Part shown: positions 9,651 to 19,125 of the stretch, piece after piece
Layout: each line of letters starts with the position of its first letter
Position numbering within the stretch: position 1 is the first letter of the stretch
NCBI GenBank assembly: GCA_965242925.1
Contig: CBDEUM010000038.1
Span: 1-64,000 of the forward strand
Length of the DNA: 64,000 bases
Reading direction: 5' to 3'
Source of the DNA: Roseibacillus sp.
GTDB taxonomy: Bacteria > Verrucomicrobiota > Verrucomicrobiia > Verrucomicrobiales > Akkermansiaceae
Notes under the pieces: generated by a model
Databases searched by the model: none
Told to the model about the DNA's origin: nothing
Seen by the model: the letters and a program-made list of their open reading frames with translations, nothing else
Made by a program: the position numbers and the translations under genes

Positions 9651-10994
9651 TCAATCCCCGTTACCCAAGGGAGTGTGACTGAGGATGGTCTGATAGATGG
9701 GGCGGCCCTGCAGGCGGCGCCAGAAGAGGAGCAGGGCAATGGAGGTGAAGAGGAGATTGGTGGCCCAGGCTGCGAGAGGGGGAGAGAGGTGACCGGCATC
9801 CCCGAGGGTGAGAAAGATCTTGGAACAGAGGAGCATGGCTCCGATGAGCAAGGCTGCCATGGCCACTCCTCCTGCGGTGCCGCGACGGCTGAAGACGATG
9901 CCGAGAGGGGCGGAGAGAAGGACGACCACCAGGCAAATCCACGGTTGAGACCAGCGGTAATGCCACTGGGTGAGGTAAGATCGGCGCGGCGCCCATTCAT
10001 CTCCCCCATACTGCTGGAGCCAGCTTCGGAGCTCGGGAATCCCGAGGTAATCTTCCTGCAGTCCAGGGGTGACGATCTGCCAGGGGGTTTCGGGAAAATC
10101 GTGGACGAGATAGGGATTGGGCAGATCGGTATCGAATTTTTCAGCGAGGGTGCCGTCGTCCAACCGGGAGCGGAGATCGAGGCGAATGGCGTCGTTGAAA
10201 GCCCATTTCTTGGAACCGGGTGACCAGGTGGCCGACTTGGCATAAAGAACGGAGGTGGGGCCGTCTTCGTCCTTGCTGCGGACCACCACATCCAGGATGG
10301 GATCTTCCGGGGTGTAGTTGTAGGGAAAACTTCCCACCAGCCAGGAGCGGTGAGCGATCCGTTCGGCATCCCGGTGCACGTAGAGCACATTTCGCGCCTG
10401 GCTCTTCGAACCGGACTTGGCGAATTCGATGAGAGCCTCCCGGTAGCCTTCGCCCCATGGGGCCCAATGGTAGTTGAGCAGGAGGCAGGCGAGGCTGAGA
10501 AAGAGACCGACTGCGCCGAGAGGGGCGATCACGCGGGCGACGCTGCGCCCGGTCTGGATCATGGCGATGATCTCCCGGTTGTGAGACAGTCGACCGAGTG
10601 AGTAGAGCAGGCCGAGGAGGAGGCCAAAGGGAATCAGGAGGACGAAGACAGGGGGCAGGGTGACCAGATAATACTGCAACAGGAAGGAGATGATGTTCTC
10701 CGCCTTCTGGAACTCGTCGATGTTGTCGTTGATGTCGACGAGGACATAGATGACGAGGAGAGCGGAAGAGCAGATGCCGACGGCGCCGAGCATCTGGCGG
10801 GTGAGGTAGCGGTCGAGAGCCCCCGCGAAGGCGTAGCAGAGCGCGGCGATGGCGGGGAGGAAGCAGAGCGAGCCCAGGAATACAGGGCGGAGATTCAGGG
10901 TGGTCCGGTCGCTGTCCGGAAATCCGAGGAGGTGAATGTTCACGGCCTGGATCTCACGCGGGACGAGCGTGAGGGCCGCGAGAGTGGCCAGCAC
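9651..10994 (-). CDS. LptF/LptG (YjgP/YjgQ) family LPS export permease
   Basis: LDRYL, LGRLSHNREIIAMIQTGRSVARVIAP, periplasmic beta region, HYRWSQPWICLVVVLLSAPLG, LAAWATN; start uncertain. Confidence 0.85.
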   Translation of the reverse strand: MLATLAALTLVPREIQAVNIHLLGFPDSDRTTLNLRPVFLGSLCFLPAIAALCYAFAGALDRYLTRQMLGAVGICSSALLVIYVLVDINDNIDEFQKAENIISFLLQYYLVTLPPVFVLLIPFGLLLGLLYSLGRLSHNREIIAMIQTGRSVARVIAPLGAVGLFLSLACLLLNYHWAPWGEGYREALIEFAKSGSKSQARNVLYVHRDAERIAHRSWLVGSFPYNYTPEDPILDVVVRSKDEDGPTSVLYAKSATWSPGSKKWAFNDAIRLDLRSRLDDGTLAEKFDTDLPNPYLVHDFPETPWQIVTPGLQEDYLGIPELRSWLQQYGGDEWAPRRSYLTQWHYRWSQPWICLVVVLLSAPLGIVFSRRGTAGGVAMAALLIGAMLLCSKIFLTLGDAGHLSPPLAAWATNLLFTSIALLLFWRRLQGRPIYQTILSHTPLGNGD

Positions 10995-11042
10995 CGCGAG
11001 AATGACGCAGGGAAGAAACTTGGAAAGCGGAGAGGGGATCGC

Positions 11043-11070
11043 TACTGGTTATTGGTTGTTGGTTGTTGGG
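11043..11070 (+). repeat. Degenerate heptamer tandem repeat (TAYTGGT/TGTTGGK x4)
   Basis: tactggt-tattggt-tgttggt-tgttggg in the divergent intergenic region. Confidence 0.6.
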
Positions 11071-11171
11071 GAGACTGAAGTTAAAACGGGCTCGAGGTCG
11101 AGAAGAGAGATGGGGAGAGACTGTAAATGCCGCATGACCGGGGAGCCCAATGGCACGCCTGCCGCTGCCTT

Positions 11172-13175
11172 ATGATCATACCGGGTGACGCGGCGAGCGG
11201 CTTTTCCCTTGAGGACGAGATGAGGGAGGCCTTCTCAGGAGAGGGACTTTTGGCCGGTTCGCCGGATTTTGAGTACCGTCCCGAGCAGCAGGAAATGGCC
11301 GAGGCGGTGGGTCGTGCGCTGGAGAGCGAAAGTTCACTGGTCGTCGAGGCCGGAACGGGGGTGGGGAAATCGTTGGCCTACCTCCTGCCCGCTATGACCT
11401 ATGGGCTGGAGGAGGGGCGCAAGGCGGTCTTTTCGACCCATACCATCAATCTTCAGGAGCAGCTCATGAAGAAGGATCTGCCTCTCGTGCGTAAGCTGAC
11501 CGGGAGGCCTTTCCACGCTGCGCTTCTCAAGGGACGGGGTAACTACCTTTGTCCGGCCCGCCTCAAGCGTGCCCGTATGAATTGCGGCGATCTGTTCAGC
11601 AGCGATGAGTCGGACGAATTGGAGGCTATATGGAAGTGGTATGAAACGACGCAGGATGGGACCCTGAGTGATCTGGACTTTCAACCATCCCCGAAAGTCT
11701 GGCAGCTGGTCTGTAGCGAGGCGGAAATCTGCACCACCCGCAGCTGTGGAGTGCGGGGCGATTGTTTTTTTCAGGAAGCGCGGAAGGAAGCCATTGAAGC
11801 TGAGGCGGTTGTGGTGAACCATACTCTGTTTTTCTCCCTTCTCGACATGGAATCCCTGATGGAGAATGGCAGCTACTTGTTTCCAAACGACTTTGTGGTC
11901 TTTGATGAGGCTCATACCCTTGAAAGTGTGGCATCGAACCAGCTTGGGCTGCGTCTCAGCCAGGCCGGCTTACGCTTCGATCTCCAGCGTCTCTATAATC
12001 CACGCTCCAGGAAGGGGTTACTGCGAACCCTGGGGATGGGCAAAGCCATGACCGGGGTCGAGCGGGCTCTCTCTGAAGCTGAGGATTTCTTTGGCTTGCT
12101 GGGAGAGGTCAGCGAATTCGGTGAGTGGGGGCGGGAATTCCGGGTGCGCGAACCGGAGATCGTGCCTAACACCCTGGCGGCTCCGTTGCGGGAGCTCTGG
12201 GCTGATCTGGACGCTCTCGCGGACAAGACCGAAAATGAGACGAGTCGCGCCGAGATCCAGGAAGGCGCGCGACGGCTGCGGGAGGCTCACGCAACCCTGG
12301 AGGTCTTTCTTGAGCAGGAGGACGGGGGGTGCGTCTACTGGGTGGAGGCTGGCGGAGCGGACCGCAGTTCCTACGCCATGAGGGCCGCCCCGGTCGATGT
12401 GGCCGGGCGCCTGCGGCCGATCCTGTTTTCGGAGGGCGGGACCGCGATCCTGACCAGCGCGACCCTGGGCACGGGTGATCCCGGGTTGAGCTATTTCCGG
12501 CGGCGGGTCGGGGCGGAGGATGTGGAAGCGCTCCGGATTGGCAGCCCCTTTGATTACCGCGAGCAGATGAAAATACACGTGGTAAAGGCCATGCCCGATC
12601 CCAAGGCCCCGCAGTATGAGGAGGCCCTTGTGAGGTGGATTGAACATTTCCTCCACCGCAGTGACGGACGGGCCTTCGTGCTCTTTACCAGTTATCGCAG
12701 CCTGCAGATGGCTGCCGATGCCCTGGAAGACGTTTGTCATGAGCAGGACTGGCGGCTTCTCGTGCAGGGCAGGCGTTATCCCCGGCACCGCCTCCTGCAG
12801 GAGTTCCGCGATGACGAGCGGAGCGTCCTGCTGGGAACCGACAGCTTCTGGACCGGGGTGGATGTGCCGGGCAGATCCCTCTCGAACGTTATTGTGACGC
12901 GCTTGCCTTTCGCGGTTCCTGATCATCCCCTGACCGCCGCACGACTTGAGCAGATTGAAGAGCAGGGCGGCAACCCTTTCATGGACTATTCCGTCCCGGA
13001 AGCGGTGCTCAAACTTCGCCAGGGAGTAGGACGCCTCATTCGTTCGAGCCGCGATCGCGGCATGGTGGCAATCCTGGACAACCGGGTGGTGACCCGGCGC
13101 TACGGGCGGGCCTTTCTCGACGCCTTGCCGGAAGCGCCGATAGAGATCATCAGCCAGCCTCCGGGGAGCGATTGA
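11172..13175 (+). CDS. dinG: ATP-dependent DNA helicase, DinG/YoaA family (Fe-S)
   Basis: Q motif RPEQQEM, Walker A EAGTGVGKS, KGRGNYLC plus further Cys, DEAH, TSAT, FWTGVDVPG, QGVGRLIRS. Confidence 0.9.
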   Translation: MIIPGDAASGFSLEDEMREAFSGEGLLAGSPDFEYRPEQQEMAEAVGRALESESSLVVEAGTGVGKSLAYLLPAMTYGLEEGRKAVFSTHTINLQEQLMKKDLPLVRKLTGRPFHAALLKGRGNYLCPARLKRARMNCGDLFSSDESDELEAIWKWYETTQDGTLSDLDFQPSPKVWQLVCSEAEICTTRSCGVRGDCFFQEARKEAIEAEAVVVNHTLFFSLLDMESLMENGSYLFPNDFVVFDEAHTLESVASNQLGLRLSQAGLRFDLQRLYNPRSRKGLLRTLGMGKAMTGVERALSEAEDFFGLLGEVSEFGEWGREFRVREPEIVPNTLAAPLRELWADLDALADKTENETSRAEIQEGARRLREAHATLEVFLEQEDGGCVYWVEAGGADRSSYAMRAAPVDVAGRLRPILFSEGGTAILTSATLGTGDPGLSYFRRRVGAEDVEALRIGSPFDYREQMKIHVVKAMPDPKAPQYEEALVRWIEHFLHRSDGRAFVLFTSYRSLQMAADALEDVCHEQDWRLLVQGRRYPRHRLLQEFRDDERSVLLGTDSFWTGVDVPGRSLSNVIVTRLPFAVPDHPLTAARLEQIEEQGGNPFMDYSVPEAVLKLRQGVGRLIRSSRDRGMVAILDNRVVTRRYGRAFLDALPEAPIEIISQPPGSD

Positions 13176-13257
13176 TCAAGATTCCGGATAGCGGTTCCTG
13201 CGCGCAGGGGCACAGACTGTTTCGGCCGCCGCAGGTCTGAGCCTCCCGGGCACGTGC

Positions 13258-13947
13258 TCAGAGCAGGACCGAGATCGCTTCCCGCAGCAGGGGAGCGGGC
13301 CATTGTCCGGGAGCGGTGGTCTCCTCTCCGAGATAACCGTAATTGAGGACCGATCCAAGGCTGGCAGCCAACAGGCGCGAGCTGGGGCCGAGGGGCCCCA
13401 TACCCATGAGAGCCAGTGGCAGGGGGGGATTCTCAAGAGCCTCCGCAAGGCATTGCAGATCGGCAGGGCAATCCAGCCAGATGGCGCATTTTGCCACGCT
13501 TGCCCCGGATGCTGCCATCGCCGCGATGGTTTCCTGCAGTTCGCTCCGCGAAGGGCATCGTTCGAAGTCGTGCCAGCTGGCAATTCGGATCATGCCCCGG
13601 TCCTTAGCTTCCTCCCAGAGGGCATTCATTTCAGGCAGAGATCGTAGTTCAAGATCGAGAAGGGAGCCCAGCGGGAGGAAGTCGGTGAGCATTCCGGCCC
13701 GCTGGGGGCAGGAAAGATCGTTCAATCCTCCCTCATCCGGGTGACGAGCAGTGAGCAGGAGGGGGTGGGACGCACGCTGTTTTTCAGCAAATTGGCGGAT
13801 CTCCTGCCCGGATCCAAGTGCATCCAGCCGCAATTCGACGAGATGGCAGTCTGTCACCCCGATGGGGTTCTTAATAACCCTGCAATGTCCCACGGCTCCC
13901 ACGACGAGAGGCCGGTGGCTATGAATCGCTTTGGACAGATCCTCCAT
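13258..13947 (-). CDS. aroD: Type I 3-dehydroquinate dehydratase
   Basis: VELRLD, TAR.PDEGG, IASWHDF, VAK (Schiff-base Lys), MGMG.LG..SR, APGQ. Confidence 0.85.
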   Translation of the reverse strand: MEDLSKAIHSHRPLVVGAVGHCRVIKNPIGVTDCHLVELRLDALGSGQEIRQFAEKQRASHPLLLTARHPDEGGLNDLSCPQRAGMLTDFLPLGSLLDLELRSLPEMNALWEEAKDRGMIRIASWHDFERCPSRSELQETIAAMAASGASVAKCAIWLDCPADLQCLAEALENPPLPLALMGMGPLGPSSRLLAASLGSVLNYGYLGEETTAPGQWPAPLLREAISVLL

Positions 13948-14121
13948 GGATTACTCCGGAACGAGGACCTTTGTGGGGTGGCTGGTCCCCGGTTGCAAGA
14001 GTGGTTTGCTCCGGCCTCGGGCGTAACCATGTAACTACGTGCATCCTCTTGAGTCCTTACGCAGAATTCTTCTGGTCAAAGGGGTGAGGCGTTTTTAGGT
14101 TTCCGCAACGGTGCGCCCATC

Positions 14122-14769
14122 ATGAAGTCATCCAAAGCCCTGCCACATCTCGTTCATCTTTCATTGTCTCTGGCCGTCTTTGCGGCAGCTCCCGTAGCCC
14201 TCTCGCAGACGGTCAAAAAGATCGAGTCGTCCGATCCCACTTTTGAGGATCTGCAATCTCCCAGTGTGGGAGGCAATACCGGGAAGAAGGCATGGAAATC
14301 CAAGGATTGGCTGGAAGTCGAAGTGAAGGTGAAACTCGACCCGGGTCGAGCGGCTCCGCGTGACGGTTACGTCGACCGTCTCACGGTGCGCTGGTATGTG
14401 GCGGTTGAGAACAAGATCGACAAGGCTGGTCAGAAGTACTTCCTGATGGAGAAGGAAGTGACACACGTGAACGTTCCGCTTGACGAGGACTTCTATCTCT
14501 CCTGTTACCTCTCGCCCGCCACCATCAAGCGTCTGACTGGAAGTGACCGGGCCGGCAAGAATTCAATCACGGCGGTGGGTGGAGAAATAAGTGTGGTGGG
14601 TGCTGCTGCTCCCGCCCGTTTTACTTCGCAGGGCAGCATCAGCAAGCCCTGGTGGCAGTCGCCCACCATGCAGCGGACCAACAAGTATCCACTGCTCAAC
14701 AAGAACGAGACGCCGTTTAAGTTTCTCTGGTGGGACCGTTACCTCGAAATCGCGACCGAGCCGCGGTAG
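14122..14769 (+). CDS. Amuc_1102-like secreted pilus-associated protein
   Basis: Signal peptide; KDWLEVEVK, YLSP, LLNKNETPF..LWWDRY; first gene of the PilM-to-secretin operon. Confidence 0.7.
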   Translation: MKSSKALPHLVHLSLSLAVFAAAPVALSQTVKKIESSDPTFEDLQSPSVGGNTGKKAWKSKDWLEVEVKVKLDPGRAAPRDGYVDRLTVRWYVAVENKIDKAGQKYFLMEKEVTHVNVPLDEDFYLSCYLSPATIKRLTGSDRAGKNSITAVGGEISVVGAAAPARFTSQGSISKPWWQSPTMQRTNKYPLLNKNETPFKFLWWDRYLEIATEPR

Positions 14770-14877
14770 GGCAATTGGCCGTTGCCCCGACCCGGAGTGC
14801 GCTGATCCTGCCCTTCCTAATTCAAAAACATTATTTCAACTACGGGTTGCCCCGTAATTACCTCCTCCAAATACACG

Positions 14878-16740
14878 ATGGCTGACGCAGAGAGTACCGT
14901 TGCACTTAGCATAGGGTCGCAACGCATATCCATGGCGGTCTTTGATCCCGCCAAATCAGGTGGACTGATCCTCAAGTCCTACGGTTCGCAGAGCATTCTT
15001 GCGGATCCCTCTCAGGAGATGATGCGTCTCCCGCAAATCACCCTGGCCGTCAAGGAGTTGGCCACTGCCCTGAAGGTGCAGAAGGAAAAGGTCCGCTACT
15101 CCATGTCCGGACAGTCGGTCTTTACCCGCTTCATGAAGCTGCCGGCGCTCCAGGAGGATAATATTGACGAACTGGTCAAGTTTGAGGCCCAGCAGCACGT
15201 CCCCTTTCCCATCGAGGAGGTAGTCTGGGACTGGGCCATGCTGGACTCGACGGGTCCGGAAAAGGAAGTGGCCCTCGTCGCGATCAAGCGTGACGCCCTG
15301 ACCGAGATCAACGCTACGGTGGCGCAGGCGGGGATTGGGACCAGAGAGGTCGATGCTGCGCCCATGGCCCTCTACAACGCCTTCCGTTACAATTATCCGG
15401 AAGAGGACGCCCCCATCCTCCTCATGGACATCGGAGCCAAGGCCACCAATCTTGTTTATATCGAGGGGACGCGGCTTTTTACCCGCAGCATAGCAGTTGG
15501 CGCGGCCTCCGTTACCACCGCCATCGCCAAGGAATACAATATTTCCTTTGCGGAGGCCGAGAGCCAGAAGGTGACCAACGGAGTAGTTTCCCTCGGCGGT
15601 CGTCACACCGATCAGCTCGACGAGGCAACCGCTCAGCTTGCCACTGTGATTCGCAATTCACTGAACCGCCTGCCGGCTGAGGTGGCGCGGACCAACAGCT
15701 ATTACCGCAGCCAGCAGGAGGGGAACATGCCCACCAAGGTTTTCCTGGCAGGGGGCGGGGCGAACCTGCCCTACCTCCCGGAGTTCCTCGAAGAGAAGCT
15801 GCGTGTGCCCATCGAGCTTTTCAATCCGCTTCAGCGAGTGGCGGTTGGCAAGGCCATCGATGTCGAGCAACTCGGAAGGGAAGCCCACATGGTGGGCGAA
15901 CTGGTTGGTCTTGCCCTGCGGGGAGTGGACCAGACGCCCATCAGGATTGATCTCGTCCCGGATGTGGTAGCCTCCCAACGGGCCACTGCCGAGCGCAAGC
16001 CCTTCCTCGTTGCGGCTGCTGTCATCATGATGGCCGGGTTCGCGGCCTGGGCCATGAACAAGTCCGTTCTCGCCGCTGAGGCGCAGGAAAAGGCAGGGGA
16101 GCTGGAGAAAGTGAAGGACCAGTTGGCTGGACCGGGGGGCAGTATTGAACAGCAGTCCCGGCGCCAGTCCGACCTGCAGGACCTCGCGGATGCCTATGCC
16201 GGGCAGCAGTCGTCGCGGGTGAAGTGGATCAATGTGCTGAGCAAGGTGAAGGACTATTTCAATGATCAGGACGTCTGGATCACCGATTTTGAACCGATGG
16301 GCCTCTACAAGGCCGGGGACGACAAGTCCGGCGAGGCACGGGCGGAACAGAATTTCGCCAAGGCTGCCTACGGGAAAAGCACCCTGCAGAATCTGAAGTC
16401 ATCAAGGGCGGGTGCCCCTCCTGCCAAGAGCAGGAGTCAACGGAAGAAGGGGCCTGCGATTCCGGAACCGCCCCAGGAATCCATCAATGTGATCCGGCTC
16501 ACCGGCTTCTGGAAGTCGGAACCGACCGCGGTGAGCAAGATCGTGGACAAGATCAGGGCCGACCAGGATAAGGACGATGCGGTTTTCGTGTTGAAGAAGA
16601 ACCCTGCCAATCCAAAGAGCGCAAACCTGGCCGACGAGGAGATCCTTCCCCTCCTGAACAGCTCCATCACGGACGAGAACAAGCTGGCAGAGCAGTTCGT
16701 CATGATCCTGCCCCTGAAGAACCCGATTTCAATCAAGTAA
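14878..16740 (+). CDS. pilM: PilM-like (Amuc_1101-type) protein with C-terminal PilN-like TM/coiled-coil part
   Basis: FEAQQHVPFPIEEVVWD, MDIGAKATN, LAGGGANL, VGLALR, then IDLVP motif, TM helix and coiled coil. Confidence 0.85.
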   Translation: MADAESTVALSIGSQRISMAVFDPAKSGGLILKSYGSQSILADPSQEMMRLPQITLAVKELATALKVQKEKVRYSMSGQSVFTRFMKLPALQEDNIDELVKFEAQQHVPFPIEEVVWDWAMLDSTGPEKEVALVAIKRDALTEINATVAQAGIGTREVDAAPMALYNAFRYNYPEEDAPILLMDIGAKATNLVYIEGTRLFTRSIAVGAASVTTAIAKEYNISFAEAESQKVTNGVVSLGGRHTDQLDEATAQLATVIRNSLNRLPAEVARTNSYYRSQQEGNMPTKVFLAGGGANLPYLPEFLEEKLRVPIELFNPLQRVAVGKAIDVEQLGREAHMVGELVGLALRGVDQTPIRIDLVPDVVASQRATAERKPFLVAAAVIMMAGFAAWAMNKSVLAAEAQEKAGELEKVKDQLAGPGGSIEQQSRRQSDLQDLADAYAGQQSSRVKWINVLSKVKDYFNDQDVWITDFEPMGLYKAGDDKSGEARAEQNFAKAAYGKSTLQNLKSSRAGAPPAKSRSQRKKGPAIPEPPQESINVIRLTGFWKSEPTAVSKIVDKIRADQDKDDAVFVLKKNPANPKSANLADEEILPLLNSSITDENKLAEQFVMILPLKNPISIK

Positions 16741-16779
16741 CACACGGGCAACCGCAACTACAAAACCCGGACAAATCCC

Positions 16780-17859
16780 ATGGGAGATTGGATAAAAAAC
16801 AACAAGTTTGAAGCGCTGCTGTTTCTTGGCGTGATCATCGTGGCAGTTGGGGCATTCCTCTTTGGAAGTGAAAAGGATCGGCTCTACGAGGAGGCGAAAG
16901 ACACCTACGGGCAACACAAGCAGTCAGTGATGGGGTTGAAAGGAAAGAAGCCCTATCCCACTCCTGCAAACGCCACGGAGTTTGAGTCGCAGATCGATGA
17001 TTACGAGGAAGTCGTGGATGACCTGCAGGAGAAGATGCTGAATTATCGGCCTGAGACCCTGACAAAGATACCGCCGCCCCAGTTCATCGAGAAACTGAAC
17101 GCCGCGCGTAGCGAGGTCACCCGCTCGTTTGATTCCCACCGCATCGAGTACCCCGGGGAAAAATTCTACCTTGGCTTCGAGAATTACACCGGGGCATTGC
17201 CCAAGGACGAAGCCACCGCTCAGCTCGATTACCAGCTTGGTGCCATGAAGGCCCTTTTCGGGATCGTGGCCAATGCGAGGCCGAGTGCGTTGCTCAATGT
17301 AAACCGGGCCCGGCTCCCGGTTGAAAAGGACAAGGTTGAGGAAGCTCCCAGGGGGCGGGGTGGGCGGTCTGTCAGCAAAAAGTCATCAGCCAAGGAGCCG
17401 CCCTACCACCGGCTTCCGGTAGAGGTGACTTTTCGCTCCACCGAACCAGTGATGCGGAAGATCCTTTCCGGCCTGGCCAGCCACGAGGACTACTATTTCG
17501 TGGTGCGCAGCATCCGGATCCAGAATGAAAAACGGGACCAGGCTCCAGCGAAGGATGACGTAGAATTCGAGGCTCCCGTCGACGAACCGGAAGACGAGGA
17601 TTTCCCGACCTTCGAGGACAATCTGCCGACGAACGATTCCGGCGAACCCGCTGCTCCCGCGGACCCGGTTGCTCCCGCGGACCCGGTTGCTCCCGCGGAC
17701 CCGGTTGCTCCCGATCCCGCCCCTGCCGTTGAAGTGGCAGGGGGGAGACGTATTCTCGGCCAGGTCCTCGGGGCCGAACAGATCAACGTCCTTCTTGAGG
17801 TCGATATCGTTCTCTTCAAGGCCAAGGATGACGGCAAAGATGCCAAAACCAGTCCCTGA
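16780..17859 (+). CDS. Amuc_1100-like pilus-associated protein (PilO position)
   Basis: N-terminal TM, coiled coil, FYLGFENY, PVEVTF, YYFVVRSIRIQNE; synteny between PilM-like gene and secretin. Confidence 0.75.
   Translation: MGDWIKNNKFEALLFLGVIIVAVGAFLFGSEKDRLYEEAKDTYGQHKQSVMGLKGKKPYPTPANATEFESQIDDYEEVVDDLQEKMLNYRPETLTKIPPPQFIEKLNAARSEVTRSFDSHRIEYPGEKFYLGFENYTGALPKDEATAQLDYQLGAMKALFGIVANARPSALLNVNRARLPVEKDKVEEAPRGRGGRSVSKKSSAKEPPYHRLPVEVTFRSTEPVMRKILSGLASHEDYYFVVRSIRIQNEKRDQAPAKDDVEFEAPVDEPEDEDFPTFEDNLPTNDSGEPAAPADPVAPADPVAPADPVAPDPAPAVEVAGGRRILGQVLGAEQINVLLEVDIVLFKAKDDGKDAKTSP
17653..17713 (+). repeat. 18-bp coding tandem repeat (GCTCCCGCGGACCCGGTT x3.4; APADPV)
   Basis: Three exact copies plus a partial copy. 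Confidence 0.9.
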
Positions 17860-17947
17860 AGAAGCCTCTCCGGGTCCGGAACATCCTTCCGTATCTTCTC
17901 ATCGAATCACCTGCGCTCCCAAACAGACAAATTAACGAACTGATTTC

Positions 17948-19024
17948 ATGGCAAACCTTTCCGAAAGCTACGACAAGGCTGCTCTTTTCTTCTCCCTGCT
18001 TCTTGCCCTGGGGCTCGGGGCAATGGTCCTGATGGCCAAAGGAAAAGTTGAGGAGGACTTTCCGGATGCGAGCGGGGGGTCCCAAGCGAAGGCGCCGGGG
18101 AATCCGGGCGAAGATCTGTATAAGACAGCCACTTCTGAAATTGGGAGCAAGGTCACTCTGGAGGGACCTGTTACCCCAAAGAAGCGCGTGATCGAAAACT
18201 TCGTTGGAACGCCGCTGTTTCTCAAGGGGGACAGCACGACTCCGATAGACCTGGGTGATCCTGACTATGAGATGGTGCATGATCCCATCCCGAACCAGTG
18301 GTGGCTTGATCACCGGATTGATCCGGGTTGGGATAACTCTCCCAGCCTCGATCAGGATGGTGACGGTTTTGCCAACCTTGAGGAATTTGAAGCTGAAACC
18401 GATCCCAATGATCCGAAGAGCTTCCCGCCCCTCATCGCAAAGTTGCAGTGCGCGGGGTTGAAGAAGCGGGAGTTCATGCTGACCTACTCTTCTGACAGCA
18501 CCGTGGGAAAAATTAAGGATGCGGATACTTTCAAGTTCAACCACGAGGAGATCGTGAACAAGAGGAGAGTCAGAACCTCCTCGGATAATATTCAACCCGG
18601 GAAGGGAACGGACTCAAACGTATACAGTAAGGGCGGGGCCCAAATGCGGTATGAATTCAAGAAAATCGAGCAACGGACCTTTAAGAATCCTGGAACAGGG
18701 GTCATGCAAACCGCCAATTTCGCTACTTTTGAGGATGTGGCCGGGGCGAAAAAGGGCGATATTGTCGAACTCAAGAAGGGGTCACGCAACGGGGTGATCG
18801 TCAAGGACTGGACGGCAGTGCTTGTTCTGGCGGCGATCGGGGAGGAGGCCAAGGAGCTCCAGATTGAAGAGCGCAGCCGTTTTGCCCTGCCGTTTGACCC
18901 GGATGCAGCCGAAAAACCCTATACATTTGCCGGAGTCAGCGATGCCGGGGCTGCCATTGTCGAGTGGGAAGAGGACGGGGAGACCAAATCAATGGACCTC
19001 GCCCCCCCCGCCGCGGCAAATTAA
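17948..19024 (+). CDS. Amuc_1099-like pilus-system protein with bacterial TSP3-like Ca-binding repeat
   Basis: N-terminal TM; HDPIPNQWW; DQDGDGFANLEEFEAETDPNDPKS. Confidence 0.7.
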   Translation: MANLSESYDKAALFFSLLLALGLGAMVLMAKGKVEEDFPDASGGSQAKAPGNPGEDLYKTATSEIGSKVTLEGPVTPKKRVIENFVGTPLFLKGDSTTPIDLGDPDYEMVHDPIPNQWWLDHRIDPGWDNSPSLDQDGDGFANLEEFEAETDPNDPKSFPPLIAKLQCAGLKKREFMLTYSSDSTVGKIKDADTFKFNHEEIVNKRRVRTSSDNIQPGKGTDSNVYSKGGAQMRYEFKKIEQRTFKNPGTGVMQTANFATFEDVAGAKKGDIVELKKGSRNGVIVKDWTAVLVLAAIGEEAKELQIEERSRFALPFDPDAAEKPYTFAGVSDAGAAIVEWEEDGETKSMDLAPPAAAN

Positions 19025-19125
19025 GACCGATTCGTCAACTCTGAGGTGTTACTCTTTCTGGACTATCAAAGAGAAAAAAAGCTTCACAAAGAAACTGGAA
19101 CTGACAACAACTCGCCTATCACACC

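Noticed and set aside
9551..10390. 5' extension of ORF 8978..10390
   Set aside because: Overlaps the LptF/G gene in another frame with S/P-rich, non-protein-like sequence; true start placed at 9550.
11151..11166. Sigma-54-like TGGCACG-N4-CCGC upstream of dinG
   Set aside because: The -12 element deviates from TTGC and the implied start site falls after the first likely ATG; unsupported without data.
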